Assembly (NCBI GenBank): GCA_964555485.1
Contig: CAZKTB010000001.1
Location: 5,201-42,333 of the forward strand
DNA length: 37,133 bases
From: an uncultured Thiopseudomonas sp.
Lineage (GTDB): Bacteria; Pseudomonadota; Gammaproteobacteria; Pseudomonadales; Pseudomonadaceae
Reading direction: 5' to 3'
Within the stretch, counting starts at the first letter, position 1. Each line of letters starts with the position of its first letter. A program made the translations under genes and the position numbers. Under the pieces are notes generated by a model, which had not been told where the DNA came from, did not search any database, and saw nothing but the letters and a program-made list of their open reading frames with translations. Shown here one piece after another: positions 29,272 to 37,133 of the stretch.

Positions 29272-29276
29272 GGCGA

Positions 29277-29783
29277 CTACTCCTTTGGCTTGCTGTGAAT
29301 GCGCAAGCCGGTCTTTTTCAGAATTTTGCTACTGACCAGCATGGTATCAGCACGGCAATGCTCGCCCAAATGACGGCGAATAAGCTCGCGCTCATGCTCG
29401 ATCTCTTCCGCACTGAGGCCGTGCACCATGGCAAACAGGTTGTAACGCCAGCCTTCGCGGCGCGGCCGGCGATAGCAGTGGCTGACAAAATGGAAGTTGC
29501 CCACTTCCTGGCCAAGGCGGTCGATATGAGCATCATCCACGTCCCAGACGGTCATGCCATTGTGGCGGTAACCCAGACGGTAATGATTGGGAACCGCGGC
29601 AATGCGGCGGATGGCACCACAGTCCTGCAAACGCTGTAACAGGGCCAGGGTTTCTTCCACCGGCAATTCCATGCGCTCGGCCAGCCAGGCCCAGGGATCT
29701 TCCACCAGCGGCATGCCGGCCTCGGTGAAGGACATCAAGCGCTGCGCCAGCTCCAGGTCAGAGGGGGAAATGCAGTCCGACAT
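29277..29783 (-). CDS. nirH: Siroheme decarboxylase subunit NirH
   Basis: Lrp/AsnC-like; PNHYRLGY, VSHCYRRPR, YNLFAMVHG, ILKKTG; order D-L-G-H. Confidence 0.9.
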   Translation of the reverse strand: MSDCISPSDLELAQRLMSFTEAGMPLVEDPWAWLAERMELPVEETLALLQRLQDCGAIRRIAAVPNHYRLGYRHNGMTVWDVDDAHIDRLGQEVGNFHFVSHCYRRPRREGWRYNLFAMVHGLSAEEIEHERELIRRHLGEHCRADTMLVSSKILKKTGLRIHSKPKE

Positions 29784-30210
29784 GGTAGGTCTTCTCCTTG
29801 GGCAGGTTGAGCACGCTCAGGCCGGTGAGCCGTTCGATTTCTTCGATGGTATCCAGAATGCCCTGCGGGGTGGCAGTGGCCAGCACGAACCACATGTTGT
29901 ATTCGTGCTCACGCTTATAGTTGTGGGCCACGGCAGGAATCTGGTTGAGCATCTCGGTGACTTCGTCAAAGCGCTCTTCAGGCACCCGCATGGCGGCCAG
30001 AGTAAAGGCACCGCCCAGCTGTTCAATGTCATACATGGGCCCGAAGCGGGTCAGGGTGCCATCATCCAGCAGCTCCTGCAGGCGCTGCCGGATGCGCTCT
30101 TCCGGTGCTTCCAGCTCGCTGGCCAGCTCCTGCCAGGGATGACGTACCAGTGGCAGGCCATGCTGCAAGCGGTTGAGCAGGCGGCGATCAAATTCATCCA
30201 GTTCAGTCAT
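29758..30210 (-). CDS. nirG: Siroheme decarboxylase subunit NirG
   Basis: ATG at 30210 (MTELDEFDRRLLNRLQHGLPL); TRFGPMYD, VAHNYKREH, NMWFV. Confidence 0.9.
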   Translation of the reverse strand: MTELDEFDRRLLNRLQHGLPLVRHPWQELASELEAPEERIRQRLQELLDDGTLTRFGPMYDIEQLGGAFTLAAMRVPEERFDEVTEMLNQIPAVAHNYKREHEYNMWFVLATATPQGILDTIEEIERLTGLSVLNLPKEKTYHVGLHFPL

Positions 30211-30706
30211 TGCGTACCTCGGGCATGGAATAACGGGCACCGCGCTGCTTGAAAGCCCGGGTGCTGAACAGCAGGTGATGGGGCCGGTCGCTCAGGCCAT
30301 GGGTGGCCAGCAGCTGGCGGATATGTTCCTCGACCGCTTCGCGGCAACGGCCGTGCACCATGCAAAACAGGTTGTAGGGCCAGTTGGGACGGCGCGGACG
30401 CTGATAGCACAGGTTCACGCCGGGAGAGGCGGCCAGCTTCTCGCCGGTCTGGTCGACCAGCTCATCGGGAATATCCAGTACCAGCATGCAGTTGGCATCA
30501 ATGCCCAGCGCCCGGTGCTTGACCACCACGCCGAAACGGCGGAACAGGCCTTCCTCTTGCCAGTCAGCAACCTGCGCCAGCGCCTGTTCCGTGCTGCAGC
30601 CGGCCTGTTGCGCCAGCTCCGCATAGGGCTCAGGCACCAGTGGCAGACCCTGTTCCAGCAGACGCCAGAGTTTTTCGCGCTGCACTTCGCTCAGCCCGTT
30701 ACTCAT
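30203..30706 (-). CDS. nirL: Siroheme decarboxylase subunit NirL
   Basis: GLPLVPEPY, FRRFGVVVKHRALG, LCYQRPRR..WPYNLFCMVHG, FKQRGARY. Confidence 0.9.
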   Translation of the reverse strand: MSNGLSEVQREKLWRLLEQGLPLVPEPYAELAQQAGCSTEQALAQVADWQEEGLFRRFGVVVKHRALGIDANCMLVLDIPDELVDQTGEKLAASPGVNLCYQRPRRPNWPYNLFCMVHGRCREAVEEHIRQLLATHGLSDRPHHLLFSTRAFKQRGARYSMPEVRND

Positions 30707-31167
30707 TGCGGCACCTCCGAATCCTCGAACATGGGGAAACCCAGGTCGATACGATAGGGTTTGACCATTGGCAGATCCAGCGGCTCAAGACCGGTGTGCT
30801 GATGGATATCCAGCAGCACCGCATCCAGATGGCTGCGGCTCGGGCCGGTCAGCACGAACCAGAGATTGTAGTCGTGCTCGCGCTCGTAGTTGTGATTCAC
30901 TTCCGGCAGGCTGTTGATATAGGCGGCCACCTGCTCGATATCAGCAGGAGGCACGGCCAGGGCCACCAGTGAACTGGAGCCGGCCTTGCTGTGTTCCATG
31001 ACCGGGCCCACCCGTGACAGGGCACCCATGTCAGCCAGTTTCTGCAGGCGTTGCAGGACATCCTGCTCGCTGCAACCCAGCTCGTCAGCCATGGCCTGAT
31101 AGGGCCGGGCACAAACAGGCACGCCATGCTGGAAGCGATCCAGCAGGCGTTGCATCAATAAATCCAT
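30703..31167 (-). CDS. nirD: Siroheme decarboxylase subunit NirD
   Basis: LSRVGPV, EVNHNYEREHDYNLWFV, YRIDLGF; directly follows nirF. Confidence 0.9.
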   Translation of the reverse strand: MDLLMQRLLDRFQHGVPVCARPYQAMADELGCSEQDVLQRLQKLADMGALSRVGPVMEHSKAGSSSLVALAVPPADIEQVAAYINSLPEVNHNYEREHDYNLWFVLTGPSRSHLDAVLLDIHQHTGLEPLDLPMVKPYRIDLGFPMFEDSEVPQ

Positions 31168-31172
31168 AGTCT

Positions 31173-32369
31173 TTATAGCCCGATACGATGGGCCCGATTC
31201 GAGAAGAAGATGCCGCTGGGGCTATCCGCTTCAAGGGTTTGAACATGCTCCAGGGTGGCAGTATCCCAGATCTGCACCTGGTTGCGGTCACGCACCGAAA
31301 TCCAGATCTGCTCGCCACGTGGAGAGAACTCCATGTGCAGCACGCCGGGACCCGGCTCGATGGTCTTGATCACCTTGGCGGTTTCGCTGTCGATCACCTG
31401 CACGTACTGGTTGTCCGGCACGGCAAAGTTGACCCAGATCTGGCGGGCATCGGGACGCGCCATGACAAAGACCGGCTGGCCAACCATCTCGATACGGTCT
31501 TTCTGCTGCCAGGTTTTCTGGTCGATCACCAGTACCTCATGACGGCCTACTGCAGGTACGAAGATTTTTTCGTCGGCTACCGTCCAGCCTTCCAGGTGCG
31601 GCATCTTGTAGACCGGCAGCGGTTGCTCGCCCTTGCCATAGCCGTCCAGCACCCGCTTGACGCCCTTTTCCGGATGCCAGAGGTCAAGCATGGCCAGGCC
31701 ATCTTCGCCAAACAGGCCTGCCACGTAGTAACGGCCTTCCGGTGTCAGCATGGAGTCGTAGGGCTGCTTGCCAATGTTTTCGAGTTTGGTGATCTGCGGA
31801 GCACTGGCCGTCTTGTCGCTGAAGTCGATGATCCAGATCTCGCCGGTATCGAACAGGCTGACCATGAACTTCTGCCCGGGCGCATCGGTCATGCCGACCA
31901 CACGGGAGTTCTTGCTGCCATCGGCCAGCGCGGTGGCCGGGATGTCGGCGACCAGCTCCAGGGTGTCAGCGGTGAATACCTTGACGCCGCCGGGCTCATA
32001 GTTGCCCACGGCGATCAGGCGGCCATCTTCACTGATGGCGCCACCAATGCTGTTGCCGCCCTGGATGATACGCTTGTCGATGCGCTGTTTGAGCATGTCG
32101 ACCTTGGTCAGGCCGCCATCACGGCCAAAGACATAAGCGTAGCGCGCATCACGGGAAAACACCACAGAGGCGTGCGACAGGTCGCCCAGGCCTTCTACCC
32201 GGGCCAGAATTTCATTATTGCTGTGCTCGACGATCAGCACATTGCCGTCGGCACGTTCGATGATCACACCCAGATCACCGGTACCGCGCAAAGCGGACTC
32301 CTGCACGCCGGTCAGGCTACAGGCAGTGAGTGACAACGCCAGCAGCGGTGTCAGAAAAAGTTTTTTCAT
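31173..32369 (-). CDS. nirF: NirF periplasmic lipoprotein (heme d1 biosynthesis, beta-propeller)
   Basis: Lipobox LTAC; LRGTGDLG, GLGDLSHAS, GRDGG, PVYKMPHLEGW, PSGIFF. Confidence 0.94.
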   Translation of the reverse strand: MKKLFLTPLLALSLTACSLTGVQESALRGTGDLGVIIERADGNVLIVEHSNNEILARVEGLGDLSHASVVFSRDARYAYVFGRDGGLTKVDMLKQRIDKRIIQGGNSIGGAISEDGRLIAVGNYEPGGVKVFTADTLELVADIPATALADGSKNSRVVGMTDAPGQKFMVSLFDTGEIWIIDFSDKTASAPQITKLENIGKQPYDSMLTPEGRYYVAGLFGEDGLAMLDLWHPEKGVKRVLDGYGKGEQPLPVYKMPHLEGWTVADEKIFVPAVGRHEVLVIDQKTWQQKDRIEMVGQPVFVMARPDARQIWVNFAVPDNQYVQVIDSETAKVIKTIEPGPGVLHMEFSPRGEQIWISVRDRNQVQIWDTATLEHVQTLEADSPSGIFFSNRAHRIGL

Positions 32370-32704
32370 GGAGAAACTCCCTGCAACAACTGGTCAATCA
32401 GCCATTCTGCTTCATTTTCAGTGAGCAAGGCACTCCATGGCGGCATTGCCGTACCGTGGCGACCGTGAATGATGGTGGCTACCAGGCTTTCCTTCGGCTT
32501 GCCGGCCAGATCGTCTGGCATCAGGGCCGGTCCCAGCCCTCCTTTCATGCGCAGGCCGTGGCAGGAACCGCAGTCCTGGATGAGAAGGTGTTTCAGTTCC
32601 GCCTGCCGGTTTGCATCCGGCACGCCGGCCTGGGCCAGCAGCGGCACAAAAAAAGACGCCATGAGAACAAGGCGCCGTATTTGGCGTTTATTGAACGTGC
32701 TCAT
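32366..32704 (-). CDS. nirC: Monoheme cytochrome c55X NirC
   Basis: AGGAG RBS then ATG at 32704; QDCGSCHGLRMKGGLGP, GTAMPPW; ATGA overlap with nirF. Confidence 0.92.
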   Translation of the reverse strand: MSTFNKRQIRRLVLMASFFVPLLAQAGVPDANRQAELKHLLIQDCGSCHGLRMKGGLGPALMPDDLAGKPKESLVATIIHGRHGTAMPPWSALLTENEAEWLIDQLLQGVSP

Positions 32705-32727
32705 GGCGTCTCCTTTACAAGCAACTA

Positions 32728-33042
32728 TTACTGCAGGGACAGTACCCACTCGGCCAGAATGGTTGCTTCTTCTTCGGTTACTGCGTTAGGTGGCATGGGG
32801 ATAGGACCGTAGACACCGGAGCTGCCGTTCTTGATGTGGTCGGCAACAGTTGCAACCGCGCCTTCTTCACCGGCGTGCTTGGCAGCAACTTCTTTGTAGG
32901 CAGGGCCTACCAGCTTGTTGTCAACGCTGTGGCAAGCCAGGCAAGCCTTGCTCTTCAGCAGGCTTTCGGCGTCAGCGGCGCTGGCGTTCTGGAAAGCGAA
33001 CAGGGCAGCAACAGAGAACAATGGGATCAATACTTTTTTCAT
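32728..33042 (-). CDS. nirM: Cytochrome c-551 NirM
   Basis: Signal peptide, [24 protein letters not shown]. Confidence 0.93.
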   Translation of the reverse strand: MKKVLIPLFSVAALFAFQNASAADAESLLKSKACLACHSVDNKLVGPAYKEVAAKHAGEEGAVATVADHIKNGSSGVYGPIPMPPNAVTEEEATILAEWVLSLQ

Positions 33043-33068
33043 TTTAGTGCATCCTCAAGGCATTAAGG

Positions 33069-33089
33069 GAGCAGGCATTTTGCCTGCTC
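33069..33089 (-). promoter_or_regulatory. Stem-loop between nirS (copy B) and nirM
   Basis: Perfect 9-bp inverted repeat GAGCAGGCA-ttt-TGCCTGCTC, no U-tract. Confidence 0.6.
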
Positions 33090-33101
33090 ATTCAGTCTAC
33101 G

Positions 33102-34922
<1,821 letters not shown>

Positions 34923-34965
34923 CTATCTAACCGGGCCTTCAGGCCGCTACACCATTCGTCATATC

Positions 34966-34979
34966 TTGATACAGATCAA
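34966..34979. promoter_or_regulatory. FNR/ANR/DNR box in the nirS-nirQ divergent promoter
   Basis: TTGAT-ACAG-ATCAA, a perfect consensus match. Confidence 0.9.
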
Positions 34980-35061
34980 TTCACTAGCAAGCTCAGCTTG
35001 AGCCGTTACAAGGCGCTCGGTAAGCTGGGCAATAACCAAGTAAACAGGTAGGATATTCAAT

Positions 35062-35868
35062 ATGCAGCCAGCGGATCAGAACGGGCACGATCAGCCCTTT
35101 TACCAACAGATTGCCAACGAAGAAGAGCTTTTCATGCAGGCCTGGAAACACGGCCTGCCTGCGCTGATCAAGGGTCCGACCGGCTGCGGCAAGAAACGTT
35201 ACGTACAGTACATGGCGCACAAACTCAACCTGCCTCTGAACACACTGGCCTGTCATGACGACCTCAGCGCCACCGACCTGGTCGGTCGCCACCTGATCGG
35301 TGCCGAGGGCACCTGGTGGCAGGATGGCCCCCTAACCCGCGCGGTACGTGAAGGCGGTATCTGCTATCTGGACGAGGTGGTCGAGGCCCGCCAGGACACC
35401 ACTGTGGTACTGCACCCGCTGGCTGACGACCGTCGCGAGCTGTTCATCGAGCGTACCGGTGAAACCCTCGAAGCGCCGGACAACTTCATGCTGGTGGTGT
35501 CCTACAACCCCGGTTACCAGAACCTGCTCAAGGGCATGAAGCCCAGTACCCGCCAGCGCTTTGTCGCCATGCGTTTCGACTATCCGCAGCCTGAACAGGA
35601 AGTGCAGATCGTCGCCACCGAAGCCGGTATCGACGAGCGCCTGGCCGGTCAGCTGGTGCGCCTGGGCAACGCCATCCGTCGTCTTGAAAACCACGATCTG
35701 GAAGAGGTCGCCTCGACCCGTCTGCTGATCTTCGCCGCCCGCCTGATCAAGGCCGGCGTACCGGTACGCCAGGCCTGTCTGGCCTGCCTGGCCGAGCCGC
35801 TGTCTGACGACCTGCAAACCGTTCGCGCACTGATGGATGTAGTCGATGTCCACTTCAGCGAAGACTAA
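35062..35868 (+). CDS. nirQ: NirQ/NorQ MoxR-class AAA+ ATPase with an aberrant Walker A
   Basis: GPTGCGK(K), ACHDDL, WQDGPLTRAVREGGICYLDEVVEAR, SYNPGYQ, KPSTRQRF, EEVASTRLL. Confidence 0.93.
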   Translation: MQPADQNGHDQPFYQQIANEEELFMQAWKHGLPALIKGPTGCGKKRYVQYMAHKLNLPLNTLACHDDLSATDLVGRHLIGAEGTWWQDGPLTRAVREGGICYLDEVVEARQDTTVVLHPLADDRRELFIERTGETLEAPDNFMLVVSYNPGYQNLLKGMKPSTRQRFVAMRFDYPQPEQEVQIVATEAGIDERLAGQLVRLGNAIRRLENHDLEEVASTRLLIFAARLIKAGVPVRQACLACLAEPLSDDLQTVRALMDVVDVHFSED

Positions 35869-36439
35869 TCCGCCCGCCGGCAGCCAGGGACGCCTCACCG
35901 GCGACCTGGCCATGTGGATCTTCATCCTCGCCGAACTGACCGCATTTACCCTGTTCATTCTGGGCTTCAGCTTTACCCAGTGGCTCAAGCCGGAGATGTT
36001 TGCCGATGGCCGGGCGCAGCTGGACAGCTCAACCGGCTGGGCGATGACCGCCGGCCTGCTGACCTCGGGTTTCATCGCCGCCCTGGCGGTGGAACGGGTA
36101 CGCAAGAATCACACCCGCCAGGCGGCGTTGTTGCTACTGGCGGCCATCGCCAGCGGCATGGTGTATGTGGTGCTGAAGGTACAGGAGTACGCCCATCTGG
36201 CCAGTGTCGGCTTCGACCTGGAGTACAACACCTTCTTCACCCTGTACTGGATCACCACCGCCTTCCACTTCCTGCACGTGCTGCTGGGACTGGTGGTACT
36301 GGGAATCCTCTGCGTGCTCTGCCTGCGTGGCCGCTTTGGTGCACATAACCATACCGGGGTCGAGTCCGGTGTACTCTACTGGCACATGATCGACCTGGTC
36401 TGGGTAATCATCTTTCCACTGGTCTATCTGTTGGGGTAA
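35846..36439 (+). CDS. nirO: NirO/NorE, cytochrome c oxidase subunit III-like membrane protein
   Basis: GDLAMWIFILAEL, FFTLYW..TAFHFLHV, LYWHMIDLVW; about five TM segments; overlaps the end of nirQ. Confidence 0.88.
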   Translation: MSTSAKTNPPAGSQGRLTGDLAMWIFILAELTAFTLFILGFSFTQWLKPEMFADGRAQLDSSTGWAMTAGLLTSGFIAALAVERVRKNHTRQAALLLLAAIASGMVYVVLKVQEYAHLASVGFDLEYNTFFTLYWITTAFHFLHVLLGLVVLGILCVLCLRGRFGAHNHTGVESGVLYWHMIDLVWVIIFPLVYLLG

Positions 36440-36445
36440 GCGGGC

Positions 36446-36712
36446 ATGAATGACATCAAACACGAAATTGCCCTGCTTGGCTGCTGGATTGCCCTGATGC
36501 TGGCCACCACGGCTACCGTTTACTGGGGCACCCACTCCACCAGCCTGACCCTGCAGGTTGTCGGCATCATGCTGATTGCCATCTTCAAGTCCGGCGTCAT
36601 CATCGACGGCTTCATGGAGCTGTGGAGCGCCGGCAGCAAATGGCGGCTGATCATGTATGGCTGGCCGGTCCTGATGGCCGTGGTAGTGGGCGCAACCCTG
36701 CTCACCAAGTAG
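36446..36712 (+). CDS. nirP: NirP/NorF, small cytochrome c oxidase subunit IV-like membrane protein
   Basis: 88 aa with three hydrophobic segments and K..VIIDGFMEL..A..KWR; follows nirO. Confidence 0.8.
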   Translation: MNDIKHEIALLGCWIALMLATTATVYWGTHSTSLTLQVVGIMLIAIFKSGVIIDGFMELWSAGSKWRLIMYGWPVLMAVVVGATLLTK

Positions 36713-36802
36713 GCAAATCACCACCGACCGCCCGGCCCGCTGGACTTGGCGTGAAAGCATCAGCATCATGACCTGCTTTCCCGTCATATCCGTGGCTACT
36801 CC

Positions 36803-37133
36803 ATGCTTGTTTCCGCTGCTGTCGCCGGCTTCGTTACCGGCGCCGGCCTGATCATCGCCATTGGCGCACAAAATGCCTTTGTCCTGCGGCAGGGACTGCA
36901 ACGCAGTCATGTCGGCCTGGTAGTCACGGTTTGCGCCCTCAGTGATGCCCTGCTGATTCTGCTGGGAGTTGCCGGCATCGGCGTTCTGATCCAGCAATGG
37001 CCGGCGCTGCTGCAGGCGTTACGCTTCGGTGGTGCGGCCTTTCTGGCCTGGTATGGTCTGCTGGCAGCACGGCGGGCGTGGCGCGGAACCAACAGTCTGA
37101 CAGCGGTACAGACTGCCACAGCCAGCAAATGGC
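36803..37133 (+). CDS. LysE/ArgO family amino acid exporter, 3'-truncated by the window edge
   Basis: Not in the ORF track because it has no stop in the window. Manual translation from ATG 36803 gives [51 protein letters not shown]. Confidence 0.88.
   Translation, partial: MLVSAAVAGFVTGAGLIIAIGAQNAFVLRQGLQRSHVGLVVTVCALSDALLILLGVAGIGVLIQQWPALLQALRFGGAAFLAWYGLLAARRAWRGTNSLTAVQTATASKW

Overview
Chromosomal window from a denitrifying gammaproteobacterium, most likely Pseudomonadaceae (judged from recalled protein similarity and gene order, not from a search). The left half (1-19.4 kb) is core genome: a partial EEP-family hydrolase, a reduced Pil-Chp chemosensory cluster (pilGHIJ-chpA-chpC, with no pilK or chpB), gshB-tonB3-algH/yqgE-ruvX-pyrR-pyrB-pyrC', an isolated bioD and ndh. 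The right half (19.5-36.7 kb) is an unusual cytochrome cd1 nitrite-reduction locus with two intact, divergent nirS genes. One is a P. aeruginosa-type nirS-MCFDLGHJ operon divergent from nirQOP. The other is a P. stutzeri-type nirS-nirT-nirB unit. The second unit and an uncharacterised alpha/beta-hydrolase gene form a 5.3-kb block bounded by a 16/17-bp direct repeat. This block and a glpD-like gene lie between nirJ and nirN, where nirE normally sits. Each nirS has its own FNR/DNR-type box, 3' stem-loop and candidate electron donor, and both appear to share one heme d1 gene set. nirE and norCB are not in the window, and NirQ has an aberrant Walker A motif (GKK instead of GKT). A LysE/ArgO exporter runs off the right end. 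No rRNA, tRNA, CRISPR array or transposase was recognised.
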